Positions 1 to 13,379 of a DNA stretch of 64,000 nucleotides are shown piece after piece. This DNA comes from Azolla caroliniana (Eukaryota; Plantae; Polypodiophyta). The notes beneath the pieces were generated by a model. The model was not told the origin of the DNA and searched no databases. It worked only from the letters and a program-made list of their open reading frames with translations. Made by a program: the position numbers and the translations under genes. Every line of letters starts with the position of its first letter. The stretch's first letter is position 1. The stretch lies in contig JBHGNT010000014.1 of NCBI GenBank assembly GCA_043228905.1, positions 10,416,001-10,480,000 on the forward strand, given 5' to 3'.

Positions 1-3000
1 GAATTCCCGGCTATGTCCGGAGGAGCTGAACGTGGCAGCTGACACTACCGGTGAGCTGTGGCACAAGAGACTGTGCCACATGAGCGAGAAGGGGATGAAG
101 AGGCTTGCCGAAGACAACCTGATACCGGTAAAGCACGTACAACTGGGGAAGTGTACCGACTGTCTGGCCGGTAAGCAAAACCGGACCTCTTTCCGCTCAA
201 GACCACCGATGAGACGTAGTGTACCATTGGAGTTGGTACGCACTGATGTGTGTCAGGTAGAAACGAAGTCACATGGCGGAGCCCAGTACTTCGTAACATT
301 CATAGATGACCATAGCCGGAACCTGTGGACGGCACCGTTGAAGACAAAGGACCAAGTATTGTCCGTCTTCAAAGAACTCCACGCGAGAGTGGAAAGAGAA
401 TCCGGCAAGAAGCCGAAAGCACTACGAGCGGATAACGGAGGAGAATACCGAGGGCAATTCGAGGAGTATTGCCGTTCGATGGGAATCCGGCTCGAGTTTA
501 CTGTGCCGAAGACGCCGGAACTGAACGGGCTGCCGAGAGGATGAACTGGACCATAATGGAGAGGGTTCGGAGTATGCTAGCACATGCGAAATTACCCAAG
601 GGATTTTGGGCTGAGGCAATGTCGACGGCGACATATGTGATAAATAGATCACCCTCAGTACCTTTGGATGGAGACACGCCGCAGAGAGTGTGGACCGGCA
701 GGGAAGTATCCTACCGGCATCTGAAGGTGTTCGGGTGTCTCGCATATGTGCATGTGGCAAAGGACCGGAGAGGAAAGCTAGATCCAAAGACCCGGCCATG
801 CATATTCCTCGGTTACGGCGACGACGAGTTCGGCTACCGAGTATGGGACCCGGTCGACAAAAGGATATTCCGGAGTCGTGATATCATCTTCATGGAGGAC
901 AAGACACTCACCGACTGGGAGTCGGAGAAGAAGATGAAGAGCTCCAAGTCGACCGGTGAGGATCAACTCTACGAGGAGCAGTCCCGACCGGCAAGGGACC
1001 GGTTAGCACTCGAGGATCCGACCGAAGACGGTGAAGAAACAGAACCGGCCGAGGAAGATGAAACTGATACCGGAACCGGCCCCGATCCCGAAATGGATTC
1101 GGATGAAGAGGAAACGGAGGAGCCGGTTACTGAAGCTCCGGAACGGAGATATCCTCTAAGAGAGAGAAGGGCCCCCCGGAGATTTCTGGAACCAGAGCAC
1201 GTGCTGCTAACCGACGAGGGGAAGCCGGAGAGTTTTGAAGAAGCAAAGCTTGACACCCATAGCCGTAGGTGGTTAAGTGCCATGTAGGAGGAGATGGATT
1301 CCCTGCATGAGAACCACACATATGAACTTGTGGAGTTGCCGAAAGGAAAGCGGGCACTTCGAAACAAGTGGGTGTTCAAGCTGAAACCGGGAGATGCCGG
1401 AAACCCCCCGAGATACAAAGCCAGGATCGTGGTGAAGGGGTTCCAGCAGAAGAAGGGCGTCGACTTCAACGAGATATTTGCCCCGGTAGTGAAGATGACC
1501 TGCATCCGGACGGTGTTGAGCATAGCGGCAAGCATGGACCTCGAGGTAGAACAGATGGACGTGAAGACGGCATTCCTTCACGGTGACCTCGAAGAAGAGA
1601 TCTACATGCAGCAACCGGAAGGATTCGAGAAGAAAGGGAAGGAGCACCTGGTATGCCGGTTGAATAAGAGCCTTTACGGACTGAAGCAGGCTCCCCGGCA
1701 ATGGTACCGGAAGTTCGACTCTTTCATGACCGACGAAGGGTACCACAAAACGCAGTCCGATCACTGCGTGTTTGTGAAGAAGTTCGAAGGAAGAGACTTT
1801 CTAATACTCCTCCTGTACGTGGACGACATGTTGATCGTCGGACGGGACCAGGTCAAGATACGGATGCTGAAGAAAGCGCTTCACCGAACCTTCTCAATGA
1901 AGGACCTGGGTCCGGCGAGGCAAATACTAGGGATGCACATCATCCGGGACCGGAAGAAGAAGCAGTTGTGGCTGTCACAGGAGAAGTACGTGACAAAGGT
2001 GCTTCACCGGTTCAACATGTCGGAAGCAAGACCGGTCGGGTCAACCCTCCAGGCAAACTGTAGGTTGTCCAGCAAGCAAAGCCCCAAGACAAAGGCTGAG
2101 AAGGAGGACATGATGAAAGTACCATACGCCTCTGCCGTCGGAAGCTTGATGTACGCAATGGTGTGTACACGACCGGACATAGGATATGCAGTCGGAGTGG
2201 TGAGCCGGTACATGAGCAATCTCGGCAAAGAGCACTGGAACGCGGCCAAGTGGATACTCCGATACCTGAAGGGCACGGCAAACGTGTGCCTCCGATTCGG
2301 CTCCGGTAAGCCCGAACTCGACGGCTTTACCGATTCGGATATGTCGGCTGATGCAGATACCAGCCGGTCCACATCAGGGTATGTGATGACGTATGCAGGG
2401 GGAGCTGTTTCGTGGCAGTCGAGGCTGCAGAAGACGGTTGCGTTGTCGACCACGGAGGCGGAGTACATGGCGGCTGTTGAAGTCGGCAAGGAAATAATAT
2501 GGATGAAGGACTTCATTAGAGAGCTCGGTATCCGGCAGGAGGAGTACCGACTCTACTGCGACAGTCAGAGTGCCATCCACCTTGCGAAGAATGCGGCCTA
2601 TCACTCCCGGACGAAGCACATCCAGCGAAGATATCACTGGATCCGGGAAAGGATAGAAGACCAGGAGTTCGTGCTGACGAAGATCCACACGGACGAGAAC
2701 GGGTCAGATATGCTGACCAAAGTGCTCACACCCGACAAGCTGGAAGCGTGCCGGAAGAGGGTCGGACTGGAAAGACATCCCATGCCGAAGTGAAGGGGGA
2801 GTTTGTTGGGATTACGGTCCCTCCGGATGGGATGGTCAGATGTCCGGGAATCGGGAATGAAGACCCGAATGAGGAGTACCCGGTATCGGAGCCGGATGAT
2901 GAAGACCCCGGCTACGGAGCCGGATGACGAATGTACCCGGAGAGAGATCCGGATGCGGGGACATATTTGTGAATATGTTTGCCAAGGGCCCTCTAGGCTA

Positions 3001-3112
3001 TATTTGTAAATAGCCCGAAAGTCATATGTGTATAAATATGACTTAGGGCAAACAGTTGTTGTTGTTGCTCATTTTTCTGGTTTCCACTTAGAGGGAGCGA
3101 AGTGAGAGCAGC

Positions 3113-3143
<31 letters not shown>

Positions 3144-3403
3144 GAGGTCGACGCCTCTGTGTAATACCGCCGCCTGTGGCGAGGACAGCGAGCTCAAGGT
3201 CGTCGCCTTGCAGCTCGCCATTGTACATTCCCCGTGCATAGTGATAGTTGGAGTCTGAGGACTCCCGTGGTTTTTCCCATTTAGGGTTTTCCACGTAAAA
3301 CATCCTGTGTACTCTTCTCTCTATTGTCTTCGTGCATTTTGTATTTCCTGTTTTCTGTGAGTTGATCCTATTCCTCGGTTGCGGCCGAGCACTGTGTTTA
3401 ACA
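1..3403 (+). mobile_element. Ty1/copia LTR retrotransposon (family A, Tnt1/Tork-like), 3' part: GAG-pre-integrase, integrase, RT, RNase H, PPT, 3' LTR
   Basis: ORFs 32-544, 469-1287 and 1294-2793 carry WHKRLCHMS, FIDDHSR, DNGGEY, MDVKTAFLHG, LYVDDM, RTKHI and SDMLTK. Frameshift near 530 and premature TAG at 1285. PPT tgaagggggag at 2791-2801. LTR TG...CA at 2804-3403. Confidence 0.95.
2804..3403 (+). repeat. 3' LTR of copia family A (600 bp)
   Basis: Starts tgttggg just after the PPT and ends ttaaca. TATA (tataaat) near 3031 and an (AG)n tract. Homologous to 31431-32073 and 38326-39031. Confidence 0.9.
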
Positions 3404-4320
3404 TATTGGAACGGCGGTAGTACATTTATACTCATGCCATGTGACTCGAACCATTGATGCATTTCAGCATACCAACAATGAGTGTCTCCATTTTCAGCCA
3501 GTTGTCTTGATGACATAAGCCTTGGGTACCTTCGTTTAGGTAGCTCCCAAAGACATTGGATAAATGTCACTGATCGGAACAATGCCTCGGTTATTATAGG
3601 TGCTGTTCTCATCTCTGCTCGGATTATATCGTGGGGCACCGATGCTTTGCTCCTTATCATGCGAGCAATCATTGACACTAAAGGTCTCGCTAAATCTTTC
3701 CAATGATTTGCCTTGTTAAGACTCGGTCCCCATGTTTCTACTCCATAGAGAAGATTTGGTGTGACAAGTGTGTCAAATAACCATAGCTTAGTCCGTGGCT
3801 CTTGGAACTGCAGATGTGCACATTGTCTCTCGAGAGCACCAAGGGCTGAATATCCACGAGAAAGTCGGGCACAAGCAGCCTCTTGTAAGGAGAACCTAGG
3901 TCTTGTAAATGTTACTCCTAGGTATGTGTAGGAGCGTGTGTATTCTACCTTTTCCTCTCCCAAGAAGAATTCTGGTTCTGATTTTGTTACCCATGCTTGA
4001 GTGGTGTTAAACACCATCACTTTAGTTTTGTCCATGTTGATTGACAAACCTTTGTCCGTACAAAATAGTTTTAAGGCATTTAGATGTCTTTGTAGTCCGT
4101 CCGGAGAGTCAGAAATCAGCACAATGTCATCAGCATATAGTAATATTTGTATAGCTATACCTGGTAGGCGTGCTCTGGAACCCCAGAATCTCTCAATGTA
4201 ATGTGATACCTCATCTATATAGAGACTGCAGAGAGTGGGGGATAGTGGGCATCCTTGCTTCACTCCAATTGTCCTAGCCACGGCCTTTGACAAGCCCTTG
4301 GGAGACCACACTTTCCCTGA
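3404..4320 (-). mobile_element. Non-LTR retrotransposon (LINE) RT fragment, interrupted by the copia A insertion
   Basis: GVKQGCPLSPTL, LLYADDIVL, INMDKTKVM and YTYLGV motifs in ORF 3088-4323. The C-terminal part of that ORF is read-through into the antisense LTR. Confidence 0.9.
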
Positions 4321-4333
4321 CACGGATAATGAT

Positions 4334-4542
4334 GAACTAGGCCCAAAAATAATGATAATAAGTGACTTTTGGCCACATGTACACTATAAGGGGATCATTT
4401 AGGGCCTTTACCCCAACAGGCTGAGAGAGAGAGAGAGAGAGACCCATTTAGGTTTGACCAAGTTCACACTGAACTAGGCCCAAAAATAATGATGATAAGT
4501 GACTTTTGGCCTTTATAAATAGGGCCTTTACCCCAACAGGCT
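4334..4542. repeat. Local duplication (gaactaggcccaaaaataatgat...agggcctttaccccaaca x2) around an (AG)n tract; possible LTR-terminus remnants
   Basis: 4334-4422 and 4471-4542 share both end blocks. Each ends ...ccccaaca, which reads TGTTGGGG on the minus strand. Confidence 0.6.
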
Positions 4543-7500
4543 CATCAAGAACTGCCGCTGCTTGTCAACTCCAAGTGCCTTGGTGAAAACGTCGGCGGTC
4601 TGCACGTCGGTGCTGACATGTCGGAGATCAATGTCTCCTGCTGCAATCTGCTATGTCTCTTGCTGCAATCTGCTCTCAGATGTAGTGGTACTGCTCCTCA
4701 ATGCACAGGTCATTCTGTGATCCGTAACATTTCTGGTCCAATCCGCATCTGTATACCCTTTGAGTTAAATCGGTTCATTCTTCTTGCAGAAGAGTCCTTG
4801 ATCGAGGGTGCCAATGACATATCTTAATACCTGTTTTGCACCGTTCCAATGAATGTTGCTTCGTGTTTGCATGGATTGGTTTAGAAGTCTGACGAGATAG
4901 CTCAGGTTGGGTTGGATGATAGTTATAGATGAGACTCCTGATTATTTGCAGATATTGTGTAGGCTCGCACACATTGCCGGAATCTTCATGCAAGTTTAAG
5001 TTGTGATTGAGAGGGGTCGAGATGGGCTAATACTCGGCTATGTCGAATTGGAATAGTAGGTTCAAAATGTAATGGCATTGCGTGAGTAAGATCCCATTGG
5101 GTGTTTGGATGATTTTTATTCCTAGGAAGTAATGGAGTTTGTCCATATCCTTTGTCTCAAGCTTGCCGAAAAACTGTGTTTTCAGTTGGTTGATGTCGTT
5201 GAGGATTTCTCCTGTGATTACTAGGTCGTCAACATACAAGATGATAAAGACTGTTCCGAACATATAGTGGGTTGTTAGATTTCAACGCTTCGAAGCTGAT
5301 TTGGTGAAAATATTGCGTTATCATCGAGTGTCACGCACATGGAGCTTGTTTCAAGCTGTAGAGAGATTTCTTCAACTGGCATGCTGCACATAGGTGCACT
5401 TTAGACTTAAATCCGGGTGGTTGTACTACGTACACTTCTTCTTTGAGCTCCCCTTGGAGGAAAATATTCTTCACGTCCATCTAGTTGAGATGCCACCCTT
5501 TCATTGCCGCAATTGCTAGTAGGTGCATATTGTCATCGTCTTTGCACCGGTGCAAAGGTCTCCTAGCAGTCGATCCCATGCTTTTGAGCCGAGCCTTTTG
5601 CTACAAGTTGGGCTTTGTATCGGTTGACGGTGCCATTGGAATTATGCTTGACCTTATACACCCATCAACAACCAATTGCCTTCTTTTGTTGGGAGGATGG
5701 GACAAGGTCCCATGTGTCGTTGTAGACCAATGGCTGCATCTCCTCCTCCATGGTTTCCGTCCATCTTGTTTCTTGGGCTGCTTTGGCGAAGTTTTCTGGT
5801 TCACGAACAGCTGCCACCTTCATCATGAATGCAAACTGATGCGCCATGTACTCATTGTAACAGAACCTCATGATCGGGTTACTTTGCCGAGTTGATCGGC
5901 GAAGCTTCTCATTTGCCAATTTGAGGGCCCTCTTAACTGCTGGTTTTCACATGATAGGTACACCAAAGTTACTGCTGATCAATCATGGCGAATTTTCCAA
6001 ATGGATATTGTTCAAGGACATGTTCTCGATTTCATGTTTGAGCATCATTGACTTGCCTTTAGCTTGTAGAGCTTGGGTTTATAGCGATACCACATCCGAG
6101 TCTTTGTCATTCTGGGTCAAGCTTCGGTGACTTGACGGTGATTATGGTCCACTTAATTGATTCAGATCTGACTCTCGACATGATCACCTATAATGATCGT
6201 TCTCGGCAGGTTTTTATCACTATTGTCTGTGTTGGAGTCGGATGTTTCCGGCATGTCAAGTGTTGGTGGTGCTAGGCATACCATGATGTTGCCTCACTGA
6301 AAATTATGTCTCGGGTAACTCAAGCTAGCTGAATCGTGGGGTTGAAGCACTTCTACTCCTTTTGGTTGAGTGAGAATCTGACTAGGATGCACTTTTCCGA
6401 TTTTGGGTCAAGCTTATGTCTCTCCTTGTGGGGTATGTGCAAGTATGCAATGCTGCCGAAGACCTTCACGTGTGAAAGGTCTGTCTTTCTCTCGAAGTAC
6501 TTCTCGTAAAGGGTCTCATCATGAACTCCCTCCGTCATGGATCAATTCATTAAGTAGATGCTTGTGCATATTACCTCGGCCCAGAAGAACTTGGGCATTT
6601 TCTTTTGTGCAACATGGCCCGTGCTACTATGAGAATTGGACAATTCTTTCTTTCAGCAACTCTGTTTTGTTGAGCTGTGTGCCGACAAGTGAATCATTGA
6701 CATATCCCTTTGGTTTATAGGTATGTCGTGAACTTGTTTGAGAAGTACTCTGTTGGATCATAAGCATTGAATCTTTTGATTCATCTTTTTCTTGACTTGG
6801 TTCTTTAGTCGTTGGAAGTGCATGAGCACTTTACTTTTCTTCTGCATTGGGAATATCCACGCATGCCTGGAAAAGTTGTCGAGGAAGGTTGTGAAGTACC
6901 TACGTTCATAGCCTGTCCCCATATGGATGACATTGACTACGCCTCTGTTTACAGTTTGCTTGTTCAGAAAGGGAAGCTTGTGTTGTTTTCGAGTTAGCAT
7001 GCCTTGCATACTTGGTTGAAGTTTTTCAAACCAAACTTCGGAAACCATTGGCTACTCCTTTCAATTGCATTGCTGAAGGTTTTGAATGTTGATGTGGCTG
7101 ATTCTTCGCTGCCACAAGTTGATGTCGGACTCTATCTTGAGTCCTTTGGTGTACATGGCCGATTTCATCGCTTTTACGTCAAGGATGAATATTCAACCTT
7201 CTCTACGTTCATGAACGATAAGTTGACCCTTATCCTCGATAGCGCAACTTCCTCGGTACCGAACTTGCAAGATATTCTTGATATACCCCTTGTTACTAGA
7301 ATGGCTGAAAGCCACGTCTTTAATGTGTTTGATTAGGTGTGTCGAGTTGTCTCTTGTCTTGACATAGTCGCGTCGCTCCAGCTATCTCATATTTTGGAAC
7401 CATTGTTCATGGCTCATCATGTGGTTGGAGGCTCCCAAGTCAACAAACCACATGTCTTCGACTTCAAGATGCTAGTCGACATCACGTTCACCTCGTGGTT

Positions 7501-8760
7501 CATGATGAACACCAAACCATAGTCTCCTATGTTGTCGACTCGTGCTTGCCAAATTGCTCTTCCTCTTTCGACAATCTTCTTTGTAGTGGCCAGTCTATGA
7601 CAGTCGTTTGGCTTGTTTTGCCAACTTGAGCCATTGTTCTCCCCCTCCTTCTAAAGGTTCCTCGCCCAAGTCCACTCATGTTGAATTTGAGAGTTCTTTG
7701 CTTATTGTGGACCTCTTCCACTGCTTCCTTGACTGGGTGTTCCTCTTCTTCCACGTTCGTGTCCTCTACCTCCATTCGAGTGCGTCTAGAGCATCTGACC
7801 ATCACTCATCTATTTTTTGCGGCTTTCACATGGTTCTATTCTACCAATAGCATTGATTTAGGTTGAAGAAGGATGGGGGACTTTCTCTTGTACAAATGGC
7901 TGTCTGGAGCCATCTGAATTGTTGTGCGAGGTTGCTTAGGCATACTCGCACTATCTCGTCCTTATCGGCGGTGACATTTATCGACCTGAGGGAATTGCAT
8001 AGGTCCTTGATCTTGAGGTTTAGTTGGTCATGGACATATCTCTCTGTTGAATGTTGTTGAGCTCTAGTAGAAGTTGGAGCTTTTGAGCAATGCTATTGGC
8101 GGTGAAGATCTTCTTCAAGTTGTCCCATGCTTCTTTTTGTGTCTCCGTGCCTCAAATGTAGCTGAGCATGTGGTCATGAACACATGTGGCTAGACAATAT
8201 AAGAATTGACTTGCTGCTTGCTCCCATGCAGGGTAGTCTATGTGTGTTGGGTTGGGCTTCTTCAACAAGGTATTGGTTCATCTTGTACTCTGAAGTTGCA
8301 AAGTTGTTGCGGTTGAGCTTCTCCGTGGGACGTGAGCTACCCATTTGAGTATTCATTGTTGGTGAAGACTTCCGCCTTCTTAGCTTCTTCTTTCGATCGT
8401 GCTACGTAGCCGTACTATGATAGGCGATAGCGAGTTCGATGTCAGAGTCTCGGGCACACAAACACTCTAGGCGGATGGGCTATATTGAACCCTCACGTTT
8501 TGATAAGATGTAAATAAATAGAGTTTCCTAATTATTTATGCGGAAGCAATGTGTTGTGTGGATGTGTGTGAGAGGAGAGAAGTTGAGCAGAGAGTTAGGG
8601 ATTAGTGAGTATAAACATTCACGAGAGGGGGAATGAAGATATTAAGCACAAGAGAAGTGAAGGTTCATTCATCATCACATTATAATAAGTCACTGTGGGT
8701 ACTATAAACACGTTCGGATACATATGGTTATGGTGGGTTGAGTTTAACTAATTTTTATCT
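4543..8760 (-). mobile_element. Old, heavily degenerate Ty1/copia element (distant relative of family B)
   Basis: Fragmented gag (EKLNRNNF..YKMNQYL), integrase (LDPKSEKCILV), RT (LYVDDLVITG) and RNase H end (QTADVFTKALG). Degenerate Met-PBS at 8497-8508 next to an LTR starting tgtaaa at 8509. The far LTR boundary is approximate. Confidence 0.85.
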
Positions 8761-8825
8761 TTTAACTAGCAATTACATCTTGATATGTCATGATATGAAA
8801 CTTTCTAGTTTGTTTAATTTTCCAG

Positions 8826-9341
8826 GAAACTACTGTGGAGGAGCTTTCCATGGAGGAAACACTAAAAGATGTACCGAAGATGATTGTGGATGAGTCTAAC
8901 CTTTCAGAATATGTGGGCAATGCGGTATTTCAAAGTGATCGATTATATGACCAAACACCAGTTGGAGTTGTTATGGGTCTAGCTTGGACTGCAATGGGGG
9001 GTTCTACTCTCTATGTTGAAACTACACCCATAGACGAAGGAGAAGGAAAGGGCTCCCTACAGTTAACAGGTCAGCTTGGAGATGTAATGAAAGAGAGTGC
9101 TTCCATTGCCCATACTGTTTCAAGGGCAATACTGCGACAGAAAGATCCATCAAATACATTCTTCAGGAATACAAGTTTACATCTTCATGTTCCTGCGGGA
9201 GCCACACCAAAAGATGGACCCAGTGCTGGATGCACAATGATCACATCGCTACTATCTGTTGCAATGAACAAGTCTGTTAAGAAGGATGTGGCAATGACTG
9301 GCGAAGTTACGTTGACTGGACGGATATTACCAATTGGAGGG
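8826..9341 (+). CDS. LON1: Lon protease (mitochondrial LON1-type), penultimate exon, protease domain
   Basis: AG acceptor 8824-8825 and GT donor 9342, phase 0. Contains [53 protein letters not shown] (catalytic Ser) and [17 protein letters not shown]. No stops. Confidence 0.93.
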
Positions 9342-9655
9342 GTATGCATGATAATAATAATAATTTTTTCGCTCTTTTAGCAATATAGCTTATATATTTT
9401 ACTAGTGGGGAACCTTAATGTGAGGTTAAATGTAGTGGGAACTTCAAATATGAGGTGAAACCTTATGGACAATATGGCATGTGTTTTAAAATCTCAATAC
9501 GAGGTGAAGAAACCAAAGTAAAGTTAATGTACATAAAATGCCTTGAGAACCTAGTCTGTGTACAAGCACTCAAAAGATTCTTTGAAGATTGTTTAGTGGA
9601 ACATATTATAGTTGATACAAAGTTATGACTTGTATATTTGATTTCTTATGTGCAG

Positions 9656-9877
9656 GTGAAGGAGAAGACGATTGCAGCAAGGAGGAGTGGAGTCAAAATT
9701 CTCATCTTTCCAAAGGCTAACAAACCCGATTTTGAGGAGTTATTGCCACATGTCAAGGAGGGTTTTGATGTGAAATTTGTTGAACATTACAATGAGATTT
9801 ATAAGATAGCATTTGGAGAGCAAGAGGAAGAGACAAAAAGCGAGTTGTGTGATAATGCGTCTTCCAGTGCAGAGTGA
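9656..9877 (+). CDS. LON1: Lon protease, last exon
   Basis: tgcag acceptor. Splicing restores PIGG|VKEK (catalytic Lys region), followed by AARRSGV. TGA at 9875-9877. No C-terminal SKL, so not the peroxisomal LON2 type. Confidence 0.93.
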   Translation: MKEKTIAARRSGVKILIFPKANKPDFEELLPHVKEGFDVKFVEHYNEIYKIAFGEQEEETKSELCDNASSSAE

Positions 9878-11106
9878 AAGAAAAGAGAAACCACAATGCC
9901 CTAAAAAATTTGTGTTCTAGAGATTCAAGTATAAATCCACATCTGATTGCACTTCATTTCTTCTCAAAGATCGGGCATTTGAGTTTGCTGGTTTTCCGAT
10001 GAATTTGTTTATCGGAATTTTCATATACCAGTTAAAGTGAGGTAACAATCAATCAATATATAATGCCCTTTCGAACTTGTGTTCCTTGCTAAGGAAAACA
10101 GGTAAATGCACATGACGGCCAACCATCTATACTTTATGCCGAGTGACATTTATTATGGGCATGAGGGATGACTCTCAATTAGGATATTTTTAAAGCTAAA
10201 GTGGAACATTGCTTGCGGTGCAATATTACTGAAGAGAAGATCCTCGTCAATTCGAGTATAATTGCAAATAAACTCGCCATATTATCAGAATTCAATGCAG
10301 AGTGGAAACTAAATTGGTGTTTTTTTGATGATCATGACAATTTATGCTTCCAAAAGTAGAGGAGAATTTAGTCAAAAAGAGCGGTATAGCTGTTGGTCTT
10401 GACATTATTTGTATATGATTCTTCTTTATATTATTCTGTATGATTCGATGTTCAGCATCATCGTGTGTTCTCTCTGTATCTATTGTAAGTCATGGAATGC
10501 TTGATTTTTCAGGTTTTTCTTTGTCTTGAACGTGATATAGACTGTCATTGACAAACACAAAAGAAGTGAACATAGTATGACACCACAAAACAAGTAACAT
10601 AATACGAACACAATTATTATTTTTAGGTCATCATTTCTGAGATGCAAGTTTCACCCACCTGCGTGCACATAGACATGTCCAAAAACGTTTTTTTACGAAG
10701 TTTTTATAAGCTAAGAAACAAACACTATATGCCCTTAAGATGTGATCACTTCCCATTGAGAAGTTACGAAACAAATATCATATGCCCTCTTACTTAAGAC
10801 AAAATCACATAAACTTCTTAGAATCGTATTAGAAGTAAGCAAAAAGATCCAAAAGATTCATAAAAGTAAAATTGTGTTTTAGTTGGATGCAAGATATGGC
10901 AAAATGGTTTGGTAGATGGGATGCAACACACTTGCGTCTTGATTCTTCTATTAATGAGGCCTTTTTGCAACTGCCATGCATCACAACATGGGGAAAATAT
11001 GGAGGCTCATGCTTCACACATTATACTACACATGTTGTACTTAACTACAAAACCATATTCTTTGCCGAAAAGTACACATTGATACATGTTAGAGCTTGTC
11101 CCATTG

Positions 11107-12452
11107 TTTACCATCCGAACCATTGCTTCTATGTGACTTAGCTCGCATGCATTGTGATGTGAGACATGACATTGGGGCACAAGTGAGAGAGTGGTCAACG
11201 ATGCACACATACCTTGCCCTAAAAAGGTTTGAGAGTCTGAGTATCACACTTTTTGTCTACCATCTGAATCATTGCTTCTATGTGACTTAGCTTGCATGCA
11301 TTGTGATGTGAGATGGGGCACTGGGGCACAACTGATGAGAGTGGACGACGATGCACACATACTTTGCCCTAAAAAGGTTTGAGAGTCTGAGTATCACACT
11401 TTTTGTCTACCGTTCGAATCATTACTTCTATGTGACTTAGCTTGCATGCATTGTGATGTGAGATGGGGCATTGGGGCACAACTGATGAGAGTGGACGACG
11501 ATGCACACATACTTTGCCCTAAAAAGGTTTGAGAGTCTGAGTATCACACTTTTTGTCTACCATCCGAATCATTGCTTCTATGTGACTTAGCTTGCATGCA
11601 TTGTGATGTGAGATGGGGCATTGGGGCACAACTGATGAGAGTGGACGACGATGCACACATACTTTGCCCTAAAAAGGTTTGAGAGTCTGAGTATCACACT
11701 TTTTGTCTACCATCCGAATCATTGCTTCTATGTGACTTAGCTTGCATGCATTGTGATGTGAGATGGGGCACTGGGGCACAACTGATGAGAGTGGACGACG
11801 ATGCACACATACCTTGCCCTAAAAAGGTTTGAGAGTCTGAGTATCACACTTTTTGTCTACCATCCAAATCATTGCTTCTATGTGACTTAGCTTGCATGCA
11901 TTGTGATGTGAGATGGGGCACTGGGGCACAACTGATGAGAGTGGACGACGATGCACACATACTTTGCCCTAAAAAGGTTTGAGAGTCTGAGTATCACACT
12001 TTTTGTCTACCATCCGAATCATTGCTTCTATGTGACTTAGCTTGCATGCATTGTGATGTGAGATGGGGCATTGGGGCACAACTGATGAGAGTGGACGACG
12101 ATGCACACATACTTTGCCCTAAAAAGGTTTGAGAGTCTGAGTATCACACTTTTTGTCTACCATCCGAATCATTGCTTCTATGTGACTTAGCTTGCATGCA
12201 TTGTGATGTGAGATGGGGCACTGGGGCACAACTGATGAGAGTGGACGACGATGCACACATACTTTGCCCTAAAAAGGTTTGAGAGTCTGAGTATCACACT
12301 TTTTGTCTACCGTCCGAATCATTGCTTCTATGTGACTTAGCTTGCATGCATTGTGATGTGAGATGGGGCACTGGGGCACAACTGATGAGAGTGGACGACG
12401 ATGCACACATACTTTGCCCTAAAAAGGTTTGAGAGTTTAAGTATCACACTTT
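11107..12452. repeat. Tandem repeat, 150-bp unit, ~9 near-identical copies
   Basis: The block aaaaaggtttgagagt recurs at 11221, 11371, 11521, 11671, 11821, 11971, 12121, 12271 and 12421. Confidence 0.97.
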
Positions 12453-12690
12453 GATACAATGCTCTACATGTGATCATATTTGACTATGTTTCCACACATA
12501 TTCAACCAAAACCAATTCTTGCATGAATTTGATCAAAACCACAATGTGCAACTTGACTGCAACATTCATTGGTAAAGTTCTTGAACATCTAGGGTCATTA
12601 CTCATTTTCACATGTATAATTACGTGAAATGTAATATTTTTGGCCTCATAGGTCATATTTAAAATGTGAAGATGATAATTTAGAATCTCT

Positions 12691-12732
<42 letters not shown>

Positions 12733-13100
12733 AAGAGCGCACATTCATATTAATTGTATGTAAACTCCACTTGTTACAACTTCTTAGCCTCAACATCTTA
12801 GTCTTATTGTAGGGAGAAGGACAACTTGCAAACCCAGCACCAAACCTGAATACAACTTTGATACAATGCTCTACCTTTGATCATATTCGACTATGTTTCC
12901 ACACATCTTAGACCAAAGCCAATTCTCAGACGAATTTCGATAAAAACCACAATGTGCACTCTTGACTGACTACAACATTCATTGGTAAAGTTCTTGAACA
13001 TCAAGAGTCACTACTCCCTTTCACATGTAAAATTACGTGAAATTTAATATTTTTGATCTCATAAATCATATTTGATTTGTGAACATAATTTAGAATCTCT
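12450..13100. repeat. Diverged ~240-bp direct duplication (12450-12690 / 12857-13100) flanking a (CT)n microsatellite
   Basis: Both copies start tttgatacaatgctctac and end ataatttagaatctct. Confidence 0.85.
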
Positions 13101-13379
13101 TTGTCTCTTTTGAGGATGAATAAGAGAATGAACTTTCTCTTATAGAGAATATTACAAAATTCTTTGAAGATTTTCCTATGCAAGATGTTACTGTATATGT
13201 TGCACATAGGGTTGGTAAGAAAAGGTCAGAAGGAACATATTGCTGAGCTATTGTTTATACAATCCTAGATGAATGCGAAAGAGCTATCATATTAGATAGT
13301 AGTTGGGTGCACCTCAAATGTACAAGTTTCTTTATAACAAAGGCAAGCATATGCATGATGGAAAGGAATGCAAAATGCA

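Noticed and set aside
3088-4323. 411-aa ORF as a novel RT fusion protein
   Set aside because: A LINE RT fragment reading through into the antisense copia LTR at 3403/3404.
10829-11290. Short ORFs as a gene fragment
   Set aside because: No recognisable family and no supportable exon structure.
11107-12452. CRISPR-like array
   Set aside because: The units are wholly repeated with no unique spacers, the context is eukaryotic, and there are no cas genes.
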